Shown here piece by piece: positions 19,551 through 28,478 of a stretch of DNA of 64,000 nucleotides. Source of the stretch: Planctomycetota bacterium (GTDB taxonomy: Bacteria; Planctomycetota; SZUA-567; H5-PLA8); contig JBBRPR010000051.1 of the NCBI GenBank assembly GCA_038227875.1, positions 1 through 64,000 on the forward strand. Direction: 5' to 3'. The position numbers and the translations under genes are program-made. Positions within the stretch are counted from its first letter, which is position 1; every line of letters starts with the position of its first letter. Below the pieces are notes generated by a model that worked only from the letters and a program-made list of their open reading frames with translations, did not search any database and was not told the DNA's origin.

Positions 19551-20990
19551 TCAGTTCGCAATGCGGAAGGCCAGCCCCGCGTTCTTTCCGGGAATCTCCG
19601 GCACTCCCATCTGGCGGATCGCGGCTTCGGGATCACGCAGTAAGGCCGGGATATCCGAAGGTTCGACACGGCGGATGTCGATTGATTCAACCGTCATGTT
19701 CTGAATGACCAGGCATAGTCCGTCTGCCTGAGCAACGAGAGCGTCGTCGAAGAGGTACATTTCCGAGAGCGTTTCGCCCTGCAATGTGTAGATGTAGCGG
19801 CCGATGATGTACGAATTCGTTGGGGACGAACCATCCGGGATGGCCGCCGGCTTCAGGTGCTCGCGGTACGGGAGAAAAGCATCGCCCTTGAACCATTGGG
19901 TGTTGATGCACGCGGCACCTCTCCGGCCCTTGCCGTTGCGCATCACACTGACGCGTATGGGGCCGTTGCCCAGTTCACTTTTGGAAATAGGCAGCGGCAG
20001 GATTACGGCTTTATCCACGGGCGCTTCCATCACGCCGCTATCGCCCTGCTTTTTCCACTGCCATGTCACCTGGGACGTCGGCAGGTCCGTGGCCGGGCCG
20101 GTCTCAAACGACCAGTGTCGTGAGAAACCGGTACTCTTTTTTTCAATCACCGGCGCGGGCTGCGGGGCCACGGGCGCAAGCTGCGGGACAACGGCGGCGG
20201 GCTTCGACATCGCCGCCCACGCCGCCAAGCTCACGGCCAGCACCACCGCGCCGCCCCCCAGCAACGCCATGGATCCGGACTTCTTCGTCCTCACGACGCG
20301 ACGCGACAGACGTCGCGAGGGAACATCGGCGGATTTCGCATTCAGCGCATTCAGGACGTTGTTCGTCAGCGAGACCGGCGCGCGGTGACCGGAGAGCAGC
20401 GCCTGGTTCAGTCCTTCCAGCGCAACAAAGGGCACCGCGGCGGCAAATCCTGCGGCGGCCAGGTTGGTGCGCAGCCGGCCCAGCGCGTCGTGAAGTTTCC
20501 GCGAGACGCTGGTCTGCGAGAGCGCCATCATCTTGGCGATTTCGGTTTCAGGCAGCTCCGCGCCGAAGTAAAGCGCGAGCATTTCCTGCTCGGCCGCCGG
20601 CAGCTTGCCCATATGGGAGCGCAGGGTCTGGAGCAGTTCTTCGCGCTCGTGTTTCGTGTCTGGAGCAGTCTGGGTCTGGTCAAAAGTCATACCGGATTTC
20701 CTCTCCTCCCGCCTGCTGGCCCGCTTGCGGGTGCGCATCACCTGGAGGCTTTTGTGAGCCACGATTCCCAAAATCCATTTGCGGGTGCCGCTGGGGGGAA
20801 CTTTTTTCAATTGCCACACTCCCAGCATCGCATCCTGGACGGCATCTTCAGCCAGCGCGGCGTTGTGGGTCAGGTGCAGCGCCAGACAGTACGCTTCGTG
20901 CTTGTACCGATCAAACAGTGCCGCGAAGGCAGCCTGATCCTGCTGCTTGATCGCGCGGGCTAAAAGTTGAGTATCGGTTTCGGCTGACAT
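19551..20990 (-). CDS. ECF sigma factor with TM helix and C-terminal extension
   Basis: AFAALFDRY, AEDAVQD, region-4 EIA...VSRKLHDALGRLR; TM segment LLGGGAVVLAVSLAAWAAM; ~200 aa distal domain. Confidence 0.88.
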   Translation of the reverse strand: MSAETDTQLLARAIKQQDQAAFAALFDRYKHEAYCLALHLTHNAALAEDAVQDAMLGVWQLKKVPPSGTRKWILGIVAHKSLQVMRTRKRASRREERKSGMTFDQTQTAPDTKHEREELLQTLRSHMGKLPAAEQEMLALYFGAELPETEIAKMMALSQTSVSRKLHDALGRLRTNLAAAGFAAAVPFVALEGLNQALLSGHRAPVSLTNNVLNALNAKSADVPSRRLSRRVVRTKKSGSMALLGGGAVVLAVSLAAWAAMSKPAAVVPQLAPVAPQPAPVIEKKSTGFSRHWSFETGPATDLPTSQVTWQWKKQGDSGVMEAPVDKAVILPLPISKSELGNGPIRVSVMRNGKGRRGAACINTQWFKGDAFLPYREHLKPAAIPDGSSPTNSYIIGRYIYTLQGETLSEMYLFDDALVAQADGLCLVIQNMTVESIDIRRVEPSDIPALLRDPEAAIRQMGVPEIPGKNAGLAFRIAN

Positions 20991-21079
20991 GCAGTTACGT
21001 TACCCTGTTTTCCCCGGCCTCCATAGACTGATTCCCACCCTCGAAGAAACTAACCGCACTTTCTGAAAATAAATTCACG

Positions 21080-21808
21080 TCAGGCGCGCTTCTGCAGCCG
21101 CATGCTCACGATCGGCGCGCGGAAGAGGGTGCCCGGATTGATGCCCACGCGGAAGCGCTCGGGCACCGTCTCGCAATCGCAGCGCATCAGCACCGACGGC
21201 GCGTTGGTCAGGCCGCGCGCGTTGCCGCTGCGGGCGACGGTACGCATGTTCAGCAGCCGCTGATAGATGCGTTCGTGACGCGGATTAAAGGTGAACAGGC
21301 AGGTCTGCGTTCCCGAATCCAGCAGCATCCCCGTCGTCGCCTTGATCAGCGCCATGACCACGTCGTTCTGGCTGCGAAAGGAATTCTTCGTCGCCAGCCG
21401 CCAGCTGGCCGCCAGCGAACGGCGTTCGGAGCGGATTTCCTCGCAGGCGAGCTTGAAATCGTGGTCGACGTTCAATCCCGACGGACCATCGAGCGTGAAG
21501 GAGGTGGTCCCGACGACTTCGCCGTCGATCACCGCGATCAGGACGGTCGTTTCCGGAATGCAGTCGAGCTCCGGATAGTGAATCAAACGCCCGTCAGGAC
21601 GGGGTCGGCAGTAGCCGCGTTCGAGAAAGCAATCGTGCGTCAGGCGGTAGACGGCATCCAGTTCGGCGGAGGTTCGAATCGGGCGTACGTCCAGGTTGCT
21701 CAGCTCCGGTTCAAGCTCCTCGCAGCTGATCACTTTCAGCGCCTGGGAGATCGAGGAAGGCCGGCTCTCCTCGGTGATGACGGTTGGCTGTGCTTCAGGA
21801 CTGAACAT
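21080..21808 (-). CDS. N-acyl amino acid synthase (FeeM-like GNAT)
   Basis: AVYRL..CFLERGY, VVGTTSFTLDGPSGL and FNPRHERIYQRLL motifs typical of FeeM-type synthases; GGGGGA upstream of ATG 21808. Confidence 0.78.
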   Translation of the reverse strand: MFSPEAQPTVITEESRPSSISQALKVISCEELEPELSNLDVRPIRTSAELDAVYRLTHDCFLERGYCRPRPDGRLIHYPELDCIPETTVLIAVIDGEVVGTTSFTLDGPSGLNVDHDFKLACEEIRSERRSLAASWRLATKNSFRSQNDVVMALIKATTGMLLDSGTQTCLFTFNPRHERIYQRLLNMRTVARSGNARGLTNAPSVLMRCDCETVPERFRVGINPGTLFRAPIVSMRLQKRA

Positions 21809-22189
21809 GATTGTATCCCCCAAGGTGGTGTGCGCCGCACTGACACAGGCCAATCGCCACCGCGGTTCGGACTATGCGTGGTATTTTCTACTATTTCCAA
21901 AATGGCGCGATTAAATCTTCAAGTATAACCAGTGCAATGGTTTGCAATTTTGAAATAACACCACAGGTAGTTGGGGAGATCAGGGAATTTCGCTTCGTTT
22001 GAGCTTTATGGCGCGCCTTTTAAAAGCAGATGCCTGAGCCTGCTTCCATTTTGTTTAGGAGTAACTCAATCTTGGAAATCATCTCCATCGAAACCGCTTG
22101 CCTATCAGTGCAGGGATTGTAAACTAAAGTCTTGAGAAACTTGGAATTCGCTGCACACTCACACAATTCATTTAACGGAGACTCAAAAA

Positions 22190-22621
22190 ATGCCTTACCC
22201 GGAAGAACTCGTCAAACCCATGCGCGCTGAACTTTCGTCGATTGGCGTCAAGGAATTGAAGTCCGGCGCCGAGGTGGATGCGTTCATGGCGCAGAAGACC
22301 GGCACGGCGATGGTCATTGTTAATTCGGTCTGCGGATGCGCCGCGGGCGGAGCTCGTCCGGGCGTCAAGCTTGCGCTGAACGCGACGAACAAGCCCGAAC
22401 GCGTCGCCACCGTTTTCGCCGGACAGGATCTGGAAGCCGTGGCCAAGGCGCGCAGCTACTTCGCTGATGTCCCGCCGAGCAGCCCGTCGATCGCGCTCTT
22501 CAAAGATGGCGAACTGGTCCACTTCGTTCCCCGCCACATGATCGAAGGCCGCGACCCGAAAACGATCGCCGCGGATCTGAGCAAAGCGTTCGACAGCTAC
22601 TGCGTCGGCGCAAAAGCCTAA
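22190..22621 (+). CDS. BrxA/BrxB family bacilliredoxin
   Basis: YPEELVKPMRAEL, NSVCGCAAG (CGC active site), TVFAGQD, PSSPSIALFKDG. Confidence 0.92.
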   Translation: MPYPEELVKPMRAELSSIGVKELKSGAEVDAFMAQKTGTAMVIVNSVCGCAAGGARPGVKLALNATNKPERVATVFAGQDLEAVAKARSYFADVPPSSPSIALFKDGELVHFVPRHMIEGRDPKTIAADLSKAFDSYCVGAKA

Positions 22622-22653
22622 ACCCAATGGCGAATGTTATTCGCTCTTCGTTT

Positions 22654-22677
22654 TCGACATTCGACATTCGGCATTCG
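22654..22677. repeat. Heptamer repeat TCGACAT-TCGACAT-TCGGCAT
   Basis: Read directly; same unit as at 15119-15132. Confidence 0.7.
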
Positions 22678-22691
22678 GTGAGGTTTGAAGC

Positions 22692-23366
22692 ATGGGTACA
22701 TTTCATAACGATAAAAGCGCGCTGCACGGCATCACCGTCGTTGTCGACACCAACGGCCCGAAAGTGTACGTGGGCCGCTGCGACGACGAAGATACGGAGA
22801 AGGTAATTCTTCTCGACGCCGACGTTCACGAAGCCGGCCAGAACGGCAAGACCAAGGCCGACTACGTTAACCGCGCAGCAAAGTTTGGCGTGTGGAAGAA
22901 GTTTGACCACATCGTCATTCCGCGCAACGAAGTCGCGTCGATCAAACGACTGGGCGAAGTCGAACCGGTCGCCGAAGCCAAGCCGACTCCGGCGCCGAAA
23001 GTCGAAGCGCCGGTCGGCGTGCCTCCGCCGGGCAATGCGAATGCGGTCGTGACACTCACGGCCGCGGCGCGCGAAGAAGTGAAGCGCCTGATCCAGGTCG
23101 AAGGAAAGCCGGGTTTGGGTCTGCGCCTGGGCGTGAAGGGCGGCGGCTGCTCGGGCTTCACCTACAAGCTCGAATTCGACACGAAGAAGGAAGGCGACAT
23201 GGTCATCGACTACGGTGACTGCAACGTTTTCCTCGATCGCAAGAGCACCATCTACCTGCGCGGTATCACCCTCGATCACCAGAAGGGTCTGGCCGGTAAA
23301 GGTTTCGTTTTCCACAATCCCAACGCCACGAACACCTGCGGCTGCGGCGAAAGCTTCGCCGTCTAA
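22692..23366 (+). CDS. A-type Fe-S carrier (HesB/IscA) fused to an N-terminal ~90 aa Sm-like domain
   Basis: C-terminal GGGCSGF and CGCGESF; Pro/Ala linker; N-domain not part of normal IscA. Confidence 0.88.
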   Translation: MGTFHNDKSALHGITVVVDTNGPKVYVGRCDDEDTEKVILLDADVHEAGQNGKTKADYVNRAAKFGVWKKFDHIVIPRNEVASIKRLGEVEPVAEAKPTPAPKVEAPVGVPPPGNANAVVTLTAAAREEVKRLIQVEGKPGLGLRLGVKGGGCSGFTYKLEFDTKKEGDMVIDYGDCNVFLDRKSTIYLRGITLDHQKGLAGKGFVFHNPNATNTCGCGESFAV

Positions 23367-23375
23367 AAAGAATTC

Positions 23376-25205
23376 ATGGAAACCGCAACGCTCGAACACA
23401 GCTGTGAGCTCGCGCGAAAGGCCCGCAAGACGGGCCTTTTTGCTGAGCTCGTCGAACTCGGCGCGATCAGCGTATCGGGCGCCGACGCGCGTTCGTTTCT
23501 CCACAGCCAGTTGACCAACGAAGTCAAAGCACTGAAGAGCGGCGAAGGCAACATGTCCGCGCGCGTCACGCGCACCGGCGCGCTGGTGCGATACTTCTCG
23601 CTGCACGCGCTGCCGCCGCATCCGGACCTGGAAATCGCCGGCGATCATTTCCTGCTGCTGCTCGAACGCGACGGCATTCCGTCGCTGATGGCCGATCTCG
23701 GTAAGTACGCCGTGGTCGAAGACGTGCTGCTGGAAGATGCCTCGAATCGCTACGACCTGTTCGCGCTGCAGGGTCCCGCCGCGCCGGCCGCGATGCTGGA
23801 TCTCTGCGGCAAACCGACTGGCGGCGAAATCTGGAACGATCTCTCCGAGAACGCCGCACGCGCGGTACGCTGCGGATCGCGCTCGGGCTACGCCTTCGTG
23901 CGTTCGCTGACCGGCGATACGGGATTCGTGATCGCGCTGACAAAGTCAGCGGGCGCTGCGTCGCCGATCACCGCTGGGATCCTTGCGAAGCACAACCTGA
24001 TCACGCTTGCCGGAAGCGAACTTTCCGCGGTGCTCGACATTCTACGCATCGAAGCGGGCGCCGTACGCATCGGACCCGACGCGCCGGAGAGCAAATTCGT
24101 GCTCCCCGAAACGGGCCTCGAACAACAGGTCGTGAGCTATTCGAAAGGCTGTTACCTCGGGCAGGAAGTGATCGCGCGCATCCGCACGTACGGTTCGGTC
24201 TCGCACGCGCTGCGCGGGCTGGTGCTCGAAGGTTCCGCAAGCAACACGCCGGCCGGCTGGGCCGAGCGTCTCGAAAAACTTCCGCCGGTGGGAGCAGATC
24301 TGATTCTGGAGGACGGCACGAAAATCGGGACGCTCGCCTCGCGCTCGGTTTCGCCGGTGCTGGAGGCGCCGATTGCGTTCGCGTACCTCGACCGCAACCA
24401 CCGCACGCCGGGCACGACGCTGAAGATCAAAGGCGCCGACGGAGCTGTCCTCGCCGCGCGCATCCAGTTGCTGCCATTTTACAAAGCGTCCGATACTGCG
24501 TCGCGCGTCGCGTTTCTTCACGATCGGGCGATCCGCATGTTCGCCGATCAGCAGGATGAGAAGGCCGTCGAGCTGCTCACCGAAGCGCTGCGCCTTGATC
24601 CGTCGTTCTCCGACGGCTATGAAGCGCTCGGCGTGATCCTGGGCCGTACCGGCAAATATCATGAAGCCATCGACATCTTCAAGCGCTTGGAGGAAGTCGC
24701 GCCCAACGAACCGATGGTCCACACCAATCTTTCGCTGTACTACATGAAGCTGGGTGACAAACAGGCCGCCGAAGACGAGAAAGCGAAAGCGACCGTCAAA
24801 AACTTCAGCCGCTTCGGCGAGCTGCGCCAGCAGGAACAGCGCGCCGCAGAAGCCACCGCGCAAGCCCGCGCCGACGCGCAGCGGCGCAAACTGATGTTCG
24901 AAGAAGTTCTCGAGATCGACCCTGAAGACCCCATCGCGCTCTTTGGACTCGGCAACGCGTACGCCGTCCTCTGCGAATGGGAGAACGCCGAGCGCGCGCT
25001 GAGCCGCGCCAGCGCCGCGCAGAAAGACAATTCCGCCATCTACGCCGCGCACGGCAAAGCGCTGGAGATGCTCAACCGCGAAGCCGACGCCGTGGCTGTG
25101 TACCGCGCCGGCATGGCCGTGGCCTCGCGCAAGGGCGACCTGATGCCGCTGAAGGAAATGGAGCGGCGTGTCCTGCTGCTGGCCGGTACCGCTGCGAAAA
25201 ACTGA
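23376..25205 (+). CDS. ygfZ: YgfZ/GcvT-family folate-binding Fe-S maturation protein fused to TPR repeats
   Basis: SGADARSFLHSQLTN and KGCYLGQE signature; ~230 aa of TPR-like repeats at the C-terminus. Confidence 0.88.
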   Translation: METATLEHSCELARKARKTGLFAELVELGAISVSGADARSFLHSQLTNEVKALKSGEGNMSARVTRTGALVRYFSLHALPPHPDLEIAGDHFLLLLERDGIPSLMADLGKYAVVEDVLLEDASNRYDLFALQGPAAPAAMLDLCGKPTGGEIWNDLSENAARAVRCGSRSGYAFVRSLTGDTGFVIALTKSAGAASPITAGILAKHNLITLAGSELSAVLDILRIEAGAVRIGPDAPESKFVLPETGLEQQVVSYSKGCYLGQEVIARIRTYGSVSHALRGLVLEGSASNTPAGWAERLEKLPPVGADLILEDGTKIGTLASRSVSPVLEAPIAFAYLDRNHRTPGTTLKIKGADGAVLAARIQLLPFYKASDTASRVAFLHDRAIRMFADQQDEKAVELLTEALRLDPSFSDGYEALGVILGRTGKYHEAIDIFKRLEEVAPNEPMVHTNLSLYYMKLGDKQAAEDEKAKATVKNFSRFGELRQQEQRAAEATAQARADAQRRKLMFEEVLEIDPEDPIALFGLGNAYAVLCEWENAERALSRASAAQKDNSAIYAAHGKALEMLNREADAVAVYRAGMAVASRKGDLMPLKEMERRVLLLAGTAAKN

Positions 25206-25349
25206 ATCCCGCACGTCCGAACTGGTTCCCCCACTTAACCCGATCGTATTCCTGAACAGCCAGATAGTGCATGCTTGCAGCTGAAGCGCGGGTGTATTGA
25301 ACCGTGCGGAGAGCGCCTGATCCTCCGCGCCTCTTCAAGGAGCTCGCTG

Positions 25350-26657
25350 ATGAAAACCATGCGCCGAATTTTGCCTGTGTTGGCTGCGACGATTCTGCAT
25401 TTTATGGGGAGTGCCGCCGCCACGGATGCGCCGGCATCGACGGCGGCCGACTGGCCCTGCTGGCGCGGCATTGCTCACACCGGCATCTCCACGGATAAAG
25501 AGTGGTCGGCCGAATGGCCCAAAGACGGGCCGAAGGTGCTCTGGAAAGTGAAGGTCGGTCCGGGATGCGCCTCGGTCTCGGTCAGCGGAAATCGCGCCTA
25601 TACATCTGGCAGCGTGCAGGTCGGTGAGAAGGAAGTCGAAGTCACCGAGAAGAAAAAGGAGAAGGGCCCCGACGGCAAGGAAATCGAGACGCCGGTGAAG
25701 GTGATGAAGAAGGTGGCGCTCTGCGAAGACACCGTCTTCTGCCTCAACACGGTGACCGGTGACGTGCTCTGGAAGAAAGGATGGTCGATGCCGCTGGGCG
25801 CATCGGGCTTTGAAGGCGGCCCGTGCTCCACACCCTGTATCGACGGCAAGCATCTCTACGTTCTCGGCAAGACCGGACGAGTCACGTGCCTCAACGCGGA
25901 ATCCGGTGCGGAAATCTGGGACTACATGCCGGACAAGCCCGCCAACGACATCTGGGGCGGACTCGCTTCATCGCCTTTGATCGATGGCGGGCTGCTGATT
26001 ACCTCTAGCCGCGCGTTCGACAAGGCGTCGGGAAAGATCGCATGGACGGCCAAACACGGCTGCCTCTGGAGCAGCCCGGTTGCCTTTACGCACAAAGACA
26101 AACACTTTATCGCTTTCTTCGGCAACCAGGGACTCGCGGCGGTCGACGCCGCCACTGGAGAAGAGGCTTGGTATTTCCCTTGGGGTTCGGATCAGAACGC
26201 GGCGGATCCGATTTTCTTCGATGACAAGGTTTTCGTCTCGTCGCGGCGCAACGGCGCCAAAGCCGAACAGTGCGCGCTGCTGCAGCTCGACGAAAACGAT
26301 CACGTGCCCACCGTGGTCTGGAAGAACAGCAATCTAATGTCGTACTTCCACGTCCGCGTGCTTTTCAACGGCTACATCTATGGCGCCGATGAGGAGAAAT
26401 TCAAATGCCTCGATCCCAAAACCGGCGAGATCAAGTGGGCTATCGTTGGCGGACGCAGCCAGGTCACCATCGCGGGAGATAAGTTGTTGATCGCCAGCAC
26501 GAACGGACTCAGCATCCTGGAAGCCAACCCCGGGGAGGCAAAGCCGCTCGCCTCCGCCAAAGTTAACGCCAGCGTCCCCGCCGTGCTGGCCAACGGATGT
26601 ATCTACTGCCGCGGCGGCGGTGAAGTAACCTGCTTGGATGTGCGCAAAGCGCCGTGA
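25350..26657 (+). CDS. PQQ-binding-like beta-propeller protein (secreted)
   Basis: Signal peptide, DWPCWRG, repeated CLNxxxGxxxW blades, SSP motifs; AAGGAG RBS. Confidence 0.88.
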   Translation: MKTMRRILPVLAATILHFMGSAAATDAPASTAADWPCWRGIAHTGISTDKEWSAEWPKDGPKVLWKVKVGPGCASVSVSGNRAYTSGSVQVGEKEVEVTEKKKEKGPDGKEIETPVKVMKKVALCEDTVFCLNTVTGDVLWKKGWSMPLGASGFEGGPCSTPCIDGKHLYVLGKTGRVTCLNAESGAEIWDYMPDKPANDIWGGLASSPLIDGGLLITSSRAFDKASGKIAWTAKHGCLWSSPVAFTHKDKHFIAFFGNQGLAAVDAATGEEAWYFPWGSDQNAADPIFFDDKVFVSSRRNGAKAEQCALLQLDENDHVPTVVWKNSNLMSYFHVRVLFNGYIYGADEEKFKCLDPKTGEIKWAIVGGRSQVTIAGDKLLIASTNGLSILEANPGEAKPLASAKVNASVPAVLANGCIYCRGGGEVTCLDVRKAP

Positions 26658-26761
26658 GCGGATCAGTGGAAAGCTTAGAAACAACGAAAATATTAGTAGT
26701 CTAGTAGCCTAGTTATTGCCGAATCGATGAATCTAATTAGGGCAAAATGAGGGAAGCACAA

Positions 26762-27496
26762 TCAATTCATGCGTTCTTTGGCAGAGTGCTGCCGTGAAGC
26801 AAACCACTCCGCCGCCAGCCACGCGCTCATGATCAGCAGTAGCGCTGTCACCTGATTTACGCGCGCGGCTATGCCGCCGAGGTCCGTTTCAGCGCCGGGT
26901 TTCATGCTCACGTGGACCGTTTGCGTCGCAGCGTCGATTCCGACGGAAGATTCAGGCTTGGCGCCCAACTCGCGCTCGATTAAATCCCGCTGATCGCGGT
27001 GAATGTTCAGCCATTCGCTCACCGGTCCCACGTATTCGAAAGCAATGTCGCGGCGTGTCACGAGCGGCCAGCCGTAGAGCTTTCCAGTCACCGGCGTCTG
27101 CGGCGGACGGGGATAGAAATTCAGGAAGCAGACGATGAGTGTCGCGAGCGCCGCGCTGAACAGGCTGATCACATGGCTTTTCCAACCGCGCCCACGCCTT
27201 GCTCGCCGCCACATCAAGACTTCCCAGAGTACGCCGGCATTCACCACGATCAGCAGGTTGGAAACGATGTCGAACCACAACGGCCAGCCGGAACGCAATG
27301 TGGCGGGAAGTTCGCCGAGGTAATTGAGCACGGGAATTGGCCAGCCGTATGAACGTTCTTCCGGATGAATCATCGGCACGCAGTTTAACCCGATTAGCGT
27401 ACCGGTAACCAGCATCAGCACAATGGCTGTGCTGAGGTGAAGCTGCCACGCGCGCGGCTTGGGCTGGTCAGGCAAGAGTGGACCGGTCTGCGCCAT
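26762..27496 (-). CDS. Hypothetical membrane protein with a duplicated TM-N...YGWP-TM unit
   Basis: Four hydrophobic helices; YGWP motif occurs twice. Confidence 0.7.
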   Translation of the reverse strand: MAQTGPLLPDQPKPRAWQLHLSTAIVLMLVTGTLIGLNCVPMIHPEERSYGWPIPVLNYLGELPATLRSGWPLWFDIVSNLLIVVNAGVLWEVLMWRRARRGRGWKSHVISLFSAALATLIVCFLNFYPRPPQTPVTGKLYGWPLVTRRDIAFEYVGPVSEWLNIHRDQRDLIERELGAKPESSVGIDAATQTVHVSMKPGAETDLGGIAARVNQVTALLLIMSAWLAAEWFASRQHSAKERMN

Positions 27497-27511
27497 AAAG
27501 CTCCGCCAACG

Positions 27512-27540
27512 AAAACGGGCCGCTCATGCGCGGCCCGCTT
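27512..27540 (-). terminator. Intrinsic terminator after the FKBP gene
   Basis: CGGGCCGC/GCGGCCCG stem (27516-27537) followed by TTTT on the minus strand. Confidence 0.65.
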
Positions 27541-27566
27541 TCATTACGTCCTGAAACTTGCTGCGC

Positions 27567-28301
27567 TTACTTGCTGGGGGGCGCTGCTGCGCCGGCCGGC
27601 GTGACGCTGACGAGTTCCACTTCGAACACGAGCACCGCGTTCGGCGGAATCGGGCTGCCCGGGGGCGGGTTCTCGCCGTAGGCCAGGGCCGACGGAATGA
27701 AGAACTGGAACTTGGCGCCGGGGGACATCAACTGCAGTCCTTCCGTCCAGCCCGGAATCACGCGGTTGATCGGGAACGAGACCGGCTTGCCGCCATGCTT
27801 GTACGAGCTGTCGAATTCCGTGCCGTCAATCAGCGCGCCCTTGTACTGAACCACGGCCGTGTCGGTGGCCTTCGGCTTGTCGCCGGCGCCTTCAGCGATC
27901 ACCTTGTACTGCAGTCCGCTGGCGGTGACCTTGACGCCATCCTTCTTCTTGTTCTCGGTCAGGAATTCCTCGCCCTTCTTCTTGCCCTTCTCCATCTGCG
28001 AATCCATCATGCGCTTCTGGAAGTTCTGGACCGTCGACTGCACTTCCGCGGGCGTCATCGACTGCTTGTCGGAGAACGCTTCCTTCAGACCCTTGATCAC
28101 CATCTCAAGATCCAGGTCTTCGGCCGTTTCCTTCAAATTGCCACCAATGAACAGACCGACAGCCAGACTGTCCTTGGCCTTGTCGGGCTTCGCACCTTCG
28201 GCAGGCTTCGGCGAGTCGGGAGGCTTGGGACCGTCTTCCGCGCGGGCGCAACTTACAGCCAGGCACGCAGACAGCGCGGCCATAACAATCAGTGCTTTCA
28301 T
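27567..28301 (-). CDS. FKBP-type peptidyl-prolyl isomerase (FkpA/Mip-like)
   Basis: Signal peptide, TASGLQYKV, DGTEFDSSY, VIPGWTEGL, LAYG, LVFEVEL; AGGAG RBS. Confidence 0.95.
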   Translation of the reverse strand: MKALIVMAALSACLAVSCARAEDGPKPPDSPKPAEGAKPDKAKDSLAVGLFIGGNLKETAEDLDLEMVIKGLKEAFSDKQSMTPAEVQSTVQNFQKRMMDSQMEKGKKKGEEFLTENKKKDGVKVTASGLQYKVIAEGAGDKPKATDTAVVQYKGALIDGTEFDSSYKHGGKPVSFPINRVIPGWTEGLQLMSPGAKFQFFIPSALAYGENPPPGSPIPPNAVLVFEVELVSVTPAGAAAPPSK

Positions 28302-28478
28302 GGGTTTCTCCTGAGTCATCCGTAGATTAAATCGATTAACCACCGCTTCTTACAGTGGATTGGAAGCCAAAAAACGTAACCGATTGACGGATTGTTGCCA
28401 GAAACTATTCATAAATGATGACCGCAGAATGAGGAACGATTCGTGTCAAATGCAGACCCTCATCGTCCTGGCGCGAGG

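Noticed and set aside
26692..26718. TAGTAGTC-TAGTAGCC-TAGT tract
   Set aside because: Only about 2.5 imperfect copies with period 8; not counted with the heptamer set
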